A DNA stretch of 64,000 nucleotides from an uncultured delta proteobacterium (GCA_963834795.1 CAWIDL010000032.1:238278-302277), one strand, 5' to 3'; counted from the first letter of the stretch, positions 1 to 9,889 are shown. Notes: generated by a model from the letters alone, not told the origin. Numbers and translations are program-made.

Positions 1-911
1 GCCAGCAACTGATCCTTAACCTGGTTTTCCAGATTGGCCTGTCGCATCCGCTCCTTCCCTTTAATGATATCCTCTCTCACCGCCTCACGCAAGTCAGCCA
101 CCCCTTGAAAATTGCCTCCCAGGCCCTTGGCAAAGTCATCATCCAGGTCTGGGACCACCTTTTCTTTGACTTCATGAATCTTCACCTGGAACTCCACCGA
201 TTTGCCGGCCAACAAAGGATTGGCAAAGTCATCCGGCAGGCTCACCGCAAAGCGGCTCTCCGCCCCTTCCCTGAGACCCAAGAGGTGGTTTTCGAACTCG
301 GCGTTGAACTTGCCGCTGCCCACCTCCAGGTAGGCGCCCTCCGCCTTGCCGCCCTCCGCCGGCTGGCCCGCGTAATAGGCCTGGTAATCCAGCCTCACGA
401 AATCGCCCTGCTGCGCCCCGCGGCCCTCCGCCGGGGGATTTAGCAGGGCATGGGATTGGCGGATCTCTTCGATCCCGGCCTCCACCTCGGCGTCGCTCAC
501 CTCCACCGGGGGGGCCGACACCTCCAGACCCAGGTAATCCTCCACCTTGAATTCCGGGGTCACTTCCAGCTCCACCTGGTAGCGGTAATTCTCACCAGCC
601 ACCACCGCCGGGGGCGGCTCCGGCCAACTCAGATGCACCGGCTCCAGGTCTTTCTCCTTTAAGGCCTCCCCCAGGGAACGGCGTACCAGGGTATCGGACA
701 CCTCTTGGTCGATCTGTTTATGGTAATACATCTCCAGGACGGTGCGGGGCACCTTGCCGGGACGGAAGCCTTTGACCTTGACCCGCTTGCCCAAGTCCCG
801 ATAGGCCCGCTCCACTTCCGCGGTCACCTTGGAGAGGGGCACCTCGATCAGCAGTCTCCGTTTAACTTCGCTCAGGTTCTCCATCTCCACTCTTACCGCA
901 CTCTCGGTCAT
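1..911 (-). CDS. tig: Trigger factor, N-terminal ~303 codons (3' end runs off the window start)
   Basis: Absent from the ORF track because it is open at the window edge. Manual minus-strand translation from the ATG at 909-911 gives MTESAVRVEMENLSEVKRRLLIEVP..VKVKGFRPGKVPRTVLEMYY.., which is the trigger-factor ribosome-binding signature (GFRxGxxP), followed by an FKBP-like region. The plus-strand ORFs at 105-1217 are antisense artefacts. Confidence 0.85.
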   Translation of the reverse strand, partial: MTESAVRVEMENLSEVKRRLLIEVPLSKVTAEVERAYRDLGKRVKVKGFRPGKVPRTVLEMYYHKQIDQEVSDTLVRRSLGEALKEKDLEPVHLSWPEPPPAVVAGENYRYQVELEVTPEFKVEDYLGLEVSAPPVEVSDAEVEAGIEEIRQSHALLNPPAEGRGAQQGDFVRLDYQAYYAGQPAEGGKAEGAYLEVGSGKFNAEFENHLLGLREGAESRFAVSLPDDFANPLLAGKSVEFQVKIHEVKEKVVPDLDDDFAKGLGGNFQGVADLREAVREDIIKGKERMRQANLENQVKDQLL

Positions 912-1120
912 CGTCTCATCTCTTTCCATTGGATCATTAGCGAGGATATATCTCCTCCCCCTCCCCCAGATAAGATGGGCAGGCCCACCTCTTTCTACCT
1001 GGTCTTCCTTGATTATTCAGAGAGGCGAATAATTTTAGCCGGGCCCTCTTACTGGCTCATAACCCGGAAACCCAAGGTCTCTGAGGGTTTTTGGTTAGGG
1101 CCGGCCTCCCCCGCAGGGCG

Positions 1121-1201
1121 TGCGAGAGGGGGGACTCGAACCCCCACGGTTGCCCGCTGGAACCTAAATCCAGTGCGTCTGCCTAATTCCGCCACTCTCG
1201 C
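1121..1201 (-). tRNA. tRNA-Leu (anticodon TAG)
   Basis: The reverse complement folds as a cloverleaf. Acceptor stem is GCGAGAG/CTCTCGC plus discriminator A. Anticodon arm is CTGGA-TTTAGGT-TCCAG. There is a long variable arm (CGGGCAACCGTG) and a T-arm GGGGG-TTCGAGT-CCCCC. CCA is not encoded. Confidence 0.9.
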
Positions 1202-1337
1202 CGGTTTCTGCCGATAAATTTATTTACTTTCCCTCTCCAAGTCAAGCCGATACTCCCTGGGCTCGGGATTTGCTCGCTCCCGTTGTTTCCCGGAAGATTT
1301 CATGTTATGAATTAAACCACTATCTGTTAAGCAGGTA

Positions 1338-1660
1338 CAGTATTGTCCGGCAATAAAATTGCACGAAGAAGCTTACACCATCTCGCAGTTAAACTCTAGG
1401 CCTTGGTAATTTTAACGATATCAACATATTATACCGATGCAAGCAAATCCCCTCTCCCCTGCGAGGGGAGAGAGGTGAGGGGTGGCTTCGTCGGCCGTCC
1501 AGATCCCCCCTCACCCTGCCATCTCCCCGGTCCCAACACCCCCAAGGGGGAGAGGAAAAAAGCTTGTAAATTCCATGAAATGATTAGCTAGTGGGCATGC
1601 CTGAATTCAAACAGATCTCTACTGCCTGCATCATAGCAAAAACCTTGCCGGACCCTACTG
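1338..1660. mobile_element. MITE copy 1 (non-autonomous derivative of the IS1380-family element at 56378)
   Basis: Terminal inverted repeats are cagtattgtccggcaa ... ttgccggaccctactg. The left ~100 nt match the left end of the IS at 56378 and copies 2 and 3. No credible ORF; 1403..1591 is a translation of low-complexity sequence. Confidence 0.75.
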
Positions 1661-1948
1661 AAGCAGGGAGATGAATGAAAGTTTTAATTATTTTTCATTC
1701 CGAGCCGCCGGCAGGCGGCGAAGAACCTCGTTTTGGAGACCCTTTGCCTGCGGCTCAGCTTAATAATATTGTATCATTTTCTCATAAGATGCTCAAGCTT
1801 TTCGCCTAAAGGCGAAGGTTTTAAACCAAGATCATGGAAAAATAAAATGTCCGGTCGGGTCATTATTATGGCAGTCTTGATTTTTCCAGGGTTATCGGCC
1901 TGATCGCCAGGGAACGGCAATTTCCTTATTAGGGATCGTTCTCTAACT

Positions 1949-3548
1949 CTTAATAACTCAAGTTTCGCACCCCTGAATTGGGGAAAAGTGGTTAAAAGAA
2001 TTGGAGATAGCGTTGAGATAAGCTCGAAACTGGGGTTCTGGATCACCAAATTGGGCCAGAGTGTTTAGCACGGTTTTCAGGAAAGTGACAAGGTATTGCC
2101 ACAGGCGCTCCAAGAAGGTGAGCTTACCGGTCTCTTCTTCCAGTTGGCGGAAGAGGTCGCCGATGGTCTGGGACCGCTCATCGTGCTCCAGGAGGTAGGC
2201 CAACAGGCTGTAACGGAAAAAGGCCTGGGTGACGGAGAAAACCTGGGCGGCAAAGGAACGGCCCTGCTCTTGACCCAGCTCCAGGCGCTGCTTGGCTTCT
2301 TTGAAAAACACCTCAATGGACCAGCGGCCTAGATATTTTTGCACTACCTGGACGGCGGTCAGGGTAAGGTCGGTGGTGAAAAAGGCGGCCCAAGGCGGCT
2401 CCGCCTTGATTTTGCCTCCGGGTCGGGCTTCCAGATCAGGCTCTTTATAGCCTTTGGTAAAGACGATGGCGCCCTGCAGGCCATTGCCGCACCGGACCGG
2501 TGCCAGGGTAAGGGAGAGCCCTAATTCCGCCGCCTTGACCAGCCGGTGTTTGTAGGCCTGATAGAGTTGGTCCAGGGTAGAGCCGACCCCGTCCCGATAG
2601 TAGAGGGTATGGTCCCGCTTCAAGCGGCCGATGACGTTAAGGCCCAGGTCCTTGACCCCTTGACAGAATTTGGGGGAAGTAAACCAGGCATCCACCAGGA
2701 GGTAAAGGGCCGGAATACCTTGTGTCAGGGCTTCCTTAAGCATCTTCAAGGCCAGGGCGGTTTGGTCAACTCCCTGGCATCGCGGAGACGCTGGGCCAAA
2801 TCTCCCCTGGTCTTGCGGGGCCGGGCCTCTCCGGCCTCCACGGGGGCGGTTTGGGAGAAATGGTGGCCGAAGTTCACGGGATAGAAGTTTCGGGACGTCA
2901 ACAATCCCAGGGTCAGGATCTCATAGCCTTTGACGGTTTTGCCTTGAGAGTGGTCGTAGACGAAACTCAGATTTTCCAGGCGTTTGCCCCGTTTGGGGAG
3001 GGCGGAGGTATCCAGGATGAAGCAGTTTTCCCGGGCCGTCTGGGACCACTGCAGCCGCCCGCCCAGGTAGGCGAGGAAGCGCCGGTAAAAAGGCCCCCAA
3101 CTCCATTCGGCTTTCTTGAAGCGGTAGAAGGCGTCTTTTTGGGCTTGAAACAGGGACTTGAGCGGTCGGTGGACCAGGTCATGGACGGTCTTGATATGCA
3201 GAAACACCAGATTGGTAAGGACAAACAAGAGATGCCGGGGGCTGAAGCCTTCGTGCTTGCGGATACCGGCTCCGGTCAGATGGCTTTGAATATGAAGCAC
3301 GGCAAACAATTCCTTGATCCTCAGGTCCAGTTCGGCGCGGAAATTTTTCAGGGCCGTTTCGATTTGTCCTTGAAAGAGAACGATTTTCCTGTTATGCAAG
3401 GGAAGGCTCCTTTTTTGTGGGTTTCGTTAACGATTTCGCAATCTTAACTTACCACAAATCTGGAGCCTTTTCCATTTTATTGATCTCTTTCTAAAACAAT
3501 AATAAGTAATTATCCGCAGTTACTTGGTGCGAAACTTGAGTTAATAAG
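1949..3548 (-). mobile_element. IS4-family insertion sequence (~1.6 kb)
   Basis: The ends are 22/23-matching inverted repeats: cttaataactcaagtttcgcacc (1949-1971) and ggtgcgaaacttgagttaataag (3526-3548). They enclose a DDE transposase. I could not identify a target-site duplication. Confidence 0.8.
1958..3399 (-). pseudogene. IS4-family DDE transposase split into two frames (ORFs 2746..3399 and 1958..2749)
   Basis: The N-terminal ORF carries ..FILDTSALPKRGK.. (first D region). The C-terminal ORF carries ..LYLLVDAWFTS.. and ..GRWSIEVFFKEAKQ.. (the DDE and YREK-type region). The ORFs are offset by one frame, and the C-terminal frame stays open upstream (..DQTALALKMLKEAL), so the shift lies at about 2750-2830. 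Confidence 0.8.
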
Positions 3549-3647
3549 CCGGGCAAATTAATGCAGCTTAAGGCTCATTATTCCCGGCGGCTTGGCCTGG
3601 CTTACAGGCGAGATACTGTGCTACCCTAATAAAAACGGCATAAGGGG

Positions 3648-5069
3648 ATGCGGACCATGGAAGTTCAGGAAAAAGACGAATTTAAGCAATTACGGGATCG
3701 CCTGGCGGTAACCGCCAGGCTGGTATGGGACCGGGTGGACCAGGGCGAACTGGCGGCCATCTTCGCATACGCTGACCATTACAAGACCTTTCTGGACCGG
3801 GCCAAGACCGAGCGGGAGGCGGTCCAGGAGATCGTGCGCCAGGCCCAGGCCCGGGGCTTTGTGGATCTCAGCTCCCGGACCCCGGGCCCCAGGGTTTTTT
3901 ATAATTATAAGGGCAAGAGCATCGCCCTGGTGGTCCAGGGCAAAAGGCCCCTGAGCTCCGGACTGCGATTGGTGGCCTCGCACATCGACTCCCCCCGCCT
4001 GGATCTGAAACCCTATCCCCTTTACGAGGACACGGACCTCACCTTTCTAAAGACCCACTATTACGGGGGCATCAAGAAATACCAGTGGCTGGCCCGGCCC
4101 CTGGCTATTCACGGGGTCATCCTCAAGGCCGACGGCGCCAGCGTGGACCTCCAGATAGGCGAAGACCCGGCGGACCCGGTGTTCACCGTGCTGGACCTGC
4201 TGCCCCATCTGGCCCGCAAGGCCCAGATGGAAAAGAAGGTGACCGAGGCCTTCGAGGGCGAAAAGCTCAATGTCCTGGTCGGCACTCTGCCCCTGGGGAA
4301 TACCGAGACCAAGGAGCGCTTCAAACTCCACTTTCTGAAACTCCTGGAAGAGCGCTATGGCATCAATGAAGAAGACTTCACCAGCGCCGAGGTGGAAGTA
4401 GTGCCCGCGGGCCCGGCCCGGGACCTGGGCTGGGACCGCAGCCTGGTGGGGGCCTACGGCCAGGATGACCGGGCCTGCGCCTATGCCGAACTGGCGGCCG
4501 CCCTGGACCTCCAGGAGCCGGAGCATACTTGCATGGCCCTGTTCTATGACAAGGAGGAAACCGGCTCCGACGGCAATACTTCCGCCAAGAGCTGCCTCCT
4601 GCAAGAGATAGTGGAACTCCTCCTGGAGCGCCAGGGGGAAAGCCCCCAGGGCCGGCGCCGGGTGCTGATGGCCTCCCGGGCCATTTCCGCCGACGTCACC
4701 GGGGCCCTGGACCCGGACTGGCTCGAAGTCTCTGAAAAGCGCAACGCCGCTCGTCTGGGCTACGGGGTGGGGCTCAGCAAGTACGGCGGCAGCGGCGGCA
4801 AGTATTCCACCAGCGACGCCAACGCCGAGTATGTGGCCTGGCTCCGCAGGGTCTTCCAGGAACACGGGGTCATCTGGCAGGCGGGTCAGTTGGGCAAGGT
4901 GGATGAAGGCGGCGGCGGCACCATCGCCAAGTTCCTGGCCATCCACGGCCTGGAGATCATCGACTGCGGCACCCCACTGCTTTCCATGCATTCCCCCTTC
5001 GAGGTGGCCTCCAAGGCCGACCTCTACATGACCTTCAAGGCCTACCGGGCCTTTTTCGGGGCGGGCTAG
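3648..5069 (+). CDS. M18-family (aspartyl/aminopeptidase 1-like) zinc aminopeptidase
   Basis: Full-length ORF with ..LVASHIDSPRLDLKPYPL..THYYGGIKKYQW.. and C-terminal ..SMHSPFEV.. motifs typical of peptidase M18. The ATG at 3657 has a better-spaced SD (aagggga) and may be the true start. Confidence 0.8.
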   Translation: MRTMEVQEKDEFKQLRDRLAVTARLVWDRVDQGELAAIFAYADHYKTFLDRAKTEREAVQEIVRQAQARGFVDLSSRTPGPRVFYNYKGKSIALVVQGKRPLSSGLRLVASHIDSPRLDLKPYPLYEDTDLTFLKTHYYGGIKKYQWLARPLAIHGVILKADGASVDLQIGEDPADPVFTVLDLLPHLARKAQMEKKVTEAFEGEKLNVLVGTLPLGNTETKERFKLHFLKLLEERYGINEEDFTSAEVEVVPAGPARDLGWDRSLVGAYGQDDRACAYAELAAALDLQEPEHTCMALFYDKEETGSDGNTSAKSCLLQEIVELLLERQGESPQGRRRVLMASRAISADVTGALDPDWLEVSEKRNAARLGYGVGLSKYGGSGGKYSTSDANAEYVAWLRRVFQEHGVIWQAGQLGKVDEGGGGTIAKFLAIHGLEIIDCGTPLLSMHSPFEVASKADLYMTFKAYRAFFGAG

Positions 5070-5595
5070 GGGAGGTTTAGCTTTTCTGTGAGGGGGTTTA
5101 AGACCAATACGGTTCATTTAAAGAGGTTCTAAGAAATCGGTGGGCTCGTGCCCACCCTACATTTTCAACTCGTTCCCAAGTTGTACTTGGGAACGAGAAT
5201 GATTACCGAATTTGACTTGGCGAAGCATGGGCGTCCCCAAGCTCAGCTTGGGGACGAGAAAAAAAATCGTAGGTCAGCGATGACGGCGTCATGAGGCAGC
5301 CAGACCAGCAAAGCCACCTGAGACCTCTGTGAAAGTCCCTTTACCTGTCATTCTGAGGGAGTGAAGCGACCGAAGAATCTCATAATTGACAAAATGACTT
5401 TTAGCAGAGGTCTCAACCTGCAAGAATTCGGCTGCCCGGGGACTGGCGAGGCGTTGGCGGGTGCTTCCCTTGCAAACCCGGAAAAAGTGATTAAATTTAA
5501 GGGATAAACCCGTTAAGCAAAAACCTTTCTCGATACTGGAAACTGGGCGACCCAGCGGGTCGCCCCTACTCGAAACTCAAAACCGGATATCTCAG

Positions 5596-6174
5596 ATGGC
5601 TAAATTCTTTGCGCGATTTAAGGCGGATGCCCCGGACGCCTCCATCTCCACCTGGGGGAATCTGGCCAACTTCTATAGCCTCCTGATCTTTCTCATTGCC
5701 ATTCCCTTTGTTCTCATTGTCCTCCTGGTGTGGCTCACCAGCTTGCTGGGTTTGAGCTCCTGGCTGTTCGCCGGCTTTGCCACCCTGTGCGCCTGGATCG
5801 GCTGGCGCCTCTACCGCTGGTGGCGGACAGTTAAGACCAGGATGACCGCTCAGGGGAGCGAATTTCACGACCTGATGCGGGAGGCGGCCAGGAACGGCAA
5901 GAACGTGGAGGTCTCCCTGCTCAGCGGCGCCTTGACCTTGCGGTATCCCGGCGCCGAGAATCTGGCCGCGGCCCTGCCGGGGCGGCCCCGAGCCCTGGCC
6001 CTGGCTGCCCCCCTGACCCTGGAGGCCGAGGCCGAAGAAATGCGCCCCTGGCTGCCGCCGGAACGCTTTCGGGAGGAACTGGAGGGATTTGTGCGTCTGC
6101 GGGACGAAGGGGTGATCAGCGCCGAGGAATTCGACCGCCTCAAGGCCAGCCTGCTGCAAAGGGTTTCTGCCTAG
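5596..6174 (+). CDS. Membrane protein with C-terminal SHOCT domain
   Basis: Two predicted TM helices (LLIFLIAIPFVLIVLLVWL; WLFAGFATLCAWIGW). The C-terminus LRDEGVISAEEFDRLKASLL fits the SHOCT short C-terminal domain pattern. Confidence 0.6.
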   Translation: MAKFFARFKADAPDASISTWGNLANFYSLLIFLIAIPFVLIVLLVWLTSLLGLSSWLFAGFATLCAWIGWRLYRWWRTVKTRMTAQGSEFHDLMREAARNGKNVEVSLLSGALTLRYPGAENLAAALPGRPRALALAAPLTLEAEAEEMRPWLPPERFREELEGFVRLRDEGVISAEEFDRLKASLLQRVSA

Positions 6175-6507
6175 GGGGCTGGATCAGCAGTCCAAAGGAC
6201 TATTAACCGAGTATCTCCCGAGGCTCCGCATAGAGGACAAGCAGGCCGCGTCCTACGCGCGTCTTTTGGTGCGTGAGACGCGCCCTACGCAAGCTGAGCC
6301 TGGAGGCCGATCTTTAAAATAGGGCGGGCTGTGCCCGCCTTCTTAGCTATCCGAAGGATAATGCACCCGGGGTTTGAGGCACAGCCGTCATAGCCCCAAA
6401 AATCGGCGGCCACAGGCCGCCCTATAAAATCTTTTGAGTTTCGAGTTTCGGGTGAACGCTAAGACAAAAAAGACATAAAAGGCAACAAGCCTGAAATTTC
6501 GCCCCGC

Positions 6508-7140
6508 TTAAACCTCCGGCACGGACTTCTCCGGCTGAATTTCTTCGGCGCCCATGGCGTACGCCGGCCCGGAGGTCAGCGCCCCCCCATCCCAGAAGTC
6601 TCGGCGCTGGCGGTAGTAGCCGTGGAGACGGACCAGTCTGCGGGCCAGTTGCCGGAGGGACTGGTCCCCCAGGTGGTCCAGGCAGGATTGCAGCAGGGCC
6701 AGAAAGCCGCCGGGCAAGTAATACCCCTCTTTCCCCAGGCTGCCCCGATATTCCACGCGGTAACCGTCCGCCGGAAGTTCATAGAACTCCAGCTCATAGG
6801 TGCGCAGGGCCGGCAGGGCCTGGTCGTTGACCAGGCGCAGTTGCCCCAAGGGCAGGCGGGGGCGTCGGGGAGGGCCTTCGTCGCTCAGCACCCGCTGGCA
6901 CACCCGGTCCAAAAAGACCATCAATTCCCGGGCCACCCGGACCTCGTTCATCTCTGATAATTCGAACAAAATGCGGGCGTAACCGAAAATCACCAGCGGG
7001 ATGGTGTCGGATTCCGGGTCCTGGCTGTGGTGCCAGAAGATGTGCGGAGTTACCTGGCCCTGGGGGTAAAAATCGATTCTGACCGTAGCCTTGTGCAGGC
7101 CCGGTTCCCGGCGAAACCGCCCCAGTATCCGTTTAATCAT
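6508..7140 (-). CDS. Hypothetical protein (210 aa)
   Basis: Long ORF with coding-like composition and no family I recognise. The antisense ORFs are shorter. Confidence 0.5.
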   Translation of the reverse strand: MIKRILGRFRREPGLHKATVRIDFYPQGQVTPHIFWHHSQDPESDTIPLVIFGYARILFELSEMNEVRVARELMVFLDRVCQRVLSDEGPPRRPRLPLGQLRLVNDQALPALRTYELEFYELPADGYRVEYRGSLGKEGYYLPGGFLALLQSCLDHLGDQSLRQLARRLVRLHGYYRQRRDFWDGGALTSGPAYAMGAEEIQPEKSVPEV

Positions 7141-7429
7141 GGTTCTAAGGGAGATGCAGGTCTTTCCTCAGATTCACCGTTGCTGGACCCCGCCTATCCT
7201 CTGGAACCCATTCCGGTTGGCTCTGCAGATAGGCGCCACCTCAGTGAAAGACCTGGACGGCGCGGAAAGCCGCCGGGTAGCGCCGAAAATGCAGATTTAC
7301 CTTACCCAATGCGCCGCCGAAAGTCAAACCATTTCCAGGGTTCGCGGGACCGGGGCATCACCCCCGGAAAATTGCGGTTTACAAGCCTGGGGAGATATTT
7401 TATAAACTAAGCATAAACGGAGAGAGCCG

Positions 7430-7852
7430 GTGTCCAAGTCGCCCCAGCTGGGCCGGGTACTGCCCCAGGGAGTGCCCGGCAGCATAAAGAAACGGCAGCT
7501 CCTCAATGACCAGGAGCTGAAAGCGGAACCTTGCCGGGAGTATGGCGAAAAGTTTCTGGCCCTGGGCTGGTGGGAGGACGCCCTGGAATTTTTCCAAAAG
7601 GGCCACGATTCCCAAGGACTGGAGAAGATTAAAAATCACTGCCTGGAGACGGGGGACGCCTACTTGCTGGCCAGGCTGGGGGTCCCCCAGGACCCGCACA
7701 CCTGGCAACAATTAGCAACGCGGGCCCTGGATCTGGGAAAATTTCGCTTTGCCCGGCGAGCCTATAAGCTGTCCGGTGATCCGGATAAAGCTGCCATGGT
7801 GGAAGCACTGATATCCGGCACAGAGACGGAAAAGACGCAAGATCAAGATTGA
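7430..7852 (+). CDS. Hypothetical protein (140 aa, GTG start)
   Basis: SD ggagagag lies just upstream of the GTG. The stop is 2 nt before the start of the next gene, suggesting an operon. No recognisable domain. Confidence 0.5.
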   Translation: MSKSPQLGRVLPQGVPGSIKKRQLLNDQELKAEPCREYGEKFLALGWWEDALEFFQKGHDSQGLEKIKNHCLETGDAYLLARLGVPQDPHTWQQLATRALDLGKFRFARRAYKLSGDPDKAAMVEALISGTETEKTQDQD

Positions 7853-7854
7853 CC

Positions 7855-8892
7855 ATGATTATCCGGGATTGTTACCGCATTCTGGGAGTACCCCCCAACG
7901 CCCCCCTGGCAGAGGTCCGCCAGCGCTACCGGTCCTTGGCCCGCCAGCACCACCCGGACCACCACCCGGACGATCCCGAAGCCGGCATTCGCTTCCGGCA
8001 GTTGGCGGAGGCTTACCAGACTATCCAGCAAGCCCGCAGCCGCTCTCGAACCGCCTGCCAAAATCTTAGACGTCCCAGGTTCCCTGAAGATGCTGAGTTG
8101 TTTCAAGAATTCTTTGGAATCTCCGGCGGTTCGGCCCGTTTGCGGCAATCCGCCGGGGCCGACTTTCGCTACGATTTGCAGATCTCCTTCGCGGCCGCCT
8201 TGCGCGGGACCCAGGCGGTAATCCAGGTGGATCGCTCCTTTAACTGCCGCCACTGCCAGGGCACCGGTCTGGCGCCGGGAGGCGGCTACGCCTCCTGCCC
8301 CGCCTGCCGGGGCCGCGGTCGCAGCCATTGCGGACCCGGACTGCTGCGCTTCGGGCCGCGGTGCCCGCGCTGTGGCGGCAGCGGCAAGGTTATCGCCCAG
8401 GCCTGCGACCATTGCCACGGCCAGGGCGCCACTCCGGGCAAACGGGAATATCGGCTGCGCCTCCCCCCGGGGATCCCTGACGGCGCTCGCCTGCGCCTGC
8501 ACGGTGAGGGTGGCCAAGGTTTTCAAAACGGCCCCCCGGGGAACCTGGAGGTAGTCATTCATGTGGCCCCGGATGACTTCTTCACCCGGATTGGCAATGA
8601 TATCCATTGCCAGGTGCGGGTCTCCTGCGCCAAAGCGGCCCGGGGCGGGGTCATCCTGGTTCCCACTTTGGACGGCTACCGAGCGGTGGAACTCCCCCAA
8701 GGCGCTCAGAGCGGCTGGGTTTTCCGCTTCCCCGGAGCCGGAGCCCCCGGGGGGCCCGGCCGGCTGCCGGGCGATCAGGTGATGGAGATCGTGGTCAACC
8801 CAGCCGATGACTTCAAGATTGGACAGAATCAGCGGTTCGCAGAGCTGTCTCGCCTGGGAAGCGAGGCGCGAACCGGGGTAGGATATGAGTAA
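7855..8892 (+). CDS. DnaJ-class J-protein paralogue (J domain + 4x CxxCxGxG zinc finger + C-terminal domain, no G/F region)
   Basis: The J domain reads DCYRILGVPPNAPLAEVRQRYRSLARQHHPD (HPD present). Zinc-finger repeats are CRHCQGTG, CPACRGRG, CPRCGGSG and CDHCHGQG. The track start at 7849 is TTG; the ATG at 7855 is preferred. Confidence 0.8.
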   Translation: MIIRDCYRILGVPPNAPLAEVRQRYRSLARQHHPDHHPDDPEAGIRFRQLAEAYQTIQQARSRSRTACQNLRRPRFPEDAELFQEFFGISGGSARLRQSAGADFRYDLQISFAAALRGTQAVIQVDRSFNCRHCQGTGLAPGGGYASCPACRGRGRSHCGPGLLRFGPRCPRCGGSGKVIAQACDHCHGQGATPGKREYRLRLPPGIPDGARLRLHGEGGQGFQNGPPGNLEVVIHVAPDDFFTRIGNDIHCQVRVSCAKAARGGVILVPTLDGYRAVELPQGAQSGWVFRFPGAGAPGGPGRLPGDQVMEIVVNPADDFKIGQNQRFAELSRLGSEARTGVGYE

Positions 8893-9385
8893 GTTCACCC
8901 ACCTGGACGAGACCGGGCAACTGCGTATGGTGAATGTGGCCGATAAAGCCGAAACCCGGCGCCGCGCCACCGCGGCCTGCCGCATCATCGTGGGTCCCAA
9001 GGTCTTTCCCCTGCTCCAGGCCGGCCGCCTTCCCAAAGGCGATGTTTGGGCGGCCGCCAGACTCGCCGGCATCATGGCCGCCAAGAACACGGCTCAATTG
9101 ATCCCCTTGTGCCATTCCCTGCCCCTTACCTTCGTTGCGGTGGATTTTACCCTGGAACCCCAGGAATGGGCGGTGCGCATCCAGACCCGGGTCGAGACCC
9201 AGGCCCGCACCGGGGTGGAGATGGAAGCCTTGACCGCCGCGGCGGTGGCTGCTCTTACCATCTACGATATGTCCAAGGCAGTGGATCGCGGCTTGGTGAT
9301 CGGTGAGTTGCTATTGCTGGAAAAAAGCGGTGGAACCAGCGGCGATTACCACCGACCGCAGGCCTCCCGCGAAATCTTGAGCTAA
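8885..9385 (+). CDS. moaC: Cyclic pyranopterin monophosphate synthase MoaC
   Basis: LTHLDETGQLRMVNVADK..LIPLCHSLPL..RTGVEMEALTAAAVAALTIYDM is a full-length MoaC signature. It overlaps the upstream gene by 8 nt. Confidence 0.9.
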   Translation: MSKFTHLDETGQLRMVNVADKAETRRRATAACRIIVGPKVFPLLQAGRLPKGDVWAAARLAGIMAAKNTAQLIPLCHSLPLTFVAVDFTLEPQEWAVRIQTRVETQARTGVEMEALTAAAVAALTIYDMSKAVDRGLVIGELLLLEKSGGTSGDYHRPQASREILS

Positions 9386-9409
9386 TTGGATATGGCCGGA
9401 GTTTAACCG

Positions 9410-9772
9410 ATGAATGAGCAACGTCTAGAATTTTTTCGCAACCTCTTAAAGGAGCGACTCGGGGAAATCCTGGGGGAAGCCGACAAGACCAGGACCGACA
9501 TGACCAGCGCGTTGGCCCCTTTCCCTGACCCCACCGACCGGGCCACCCTGGAAACCGACCGCAATTTTACCCTCAGAATTCGGGACCGGGAACGCAGGCT
9601 CATCACCAAGATCCGGGAGGCCCTGGAACGCATCGATGACGGGACCTATGGCAACTGTGAGATTTGCGGGGGTGAAATCAGCGAGAAACGTCTCATCGTC
9701 CGTCCGGTGACCACCATGTGCATTGGCTGCAAGTCCCGGCAAGAAGCCCTGGAGCGGGCTCGGGGCCATTAA
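9410..9772 (+). CDS. dksA: DksA/TraR-family C4 zinc-finger protein
   Basis: Coiled-coil N-terminus and CEICGGEISEKRL..CIGCK, the four-Cys finger typical of DksA. Confidence 0.8.
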   Translation: MNEQRLEFFRNLLKERLGEILGEADKTRTDMTSALAPFPDPTDRATLETDRNFTLRIRDRERRLITKIREALERIDDGTYGNCEICGGEISEKRLIVRPVTTMCIGCKSRQEALERARGH

Positions 9773-9889
9773 CCGCAATGGCCGCTGAGAGGCCAGATGT
9801 CAGTAACTTCTGTTAGCCAATTTGCACCTGGACTCCGCTGACCCTTTTTCCCTAAAACCGACCACTGACCACTGGCCCCTTTTCTTCAC

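Noticed and set aside
105-1217. Plus-strand ORFs 105..443, 450..662, 705..1217 and 829..1032.
   Set aside because: They are antisense to the trigger-factor gene or run across the tRNA-Leu gene. The minus-strand translation gives an unambiguous tig N-terminus.
1403-1591. 62-aa ORF inside MITE copy 1 (..SPLPCEGREVRGG..).
   Set aside because: It is a translation of the cccctctcccctgcgaggggagagg palindrome found in all MITE copies and at 31722-31760. It is not conserved as an ORF between copies.
1774-2049. 91-aa minus-strand ORF spanning the IS4 right end.
   Set aside because: It crosses the IS terminal repeat at 1949-1971, so it cannot be a native gene. The part outside the IS (1774-1948) might be a fragment of a disrupted gene, but I cannot identify it.
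7141-7429. Molybdenum-cofactor or cobalamin riboswitch upstream of the moaC-containing operon.
   Set aside because: I looked on both strands for the conserved cores I remember (a CCUCCGAG-type Moco core, a B12 box). I could not find them, so only an unassigned structured region is reported.
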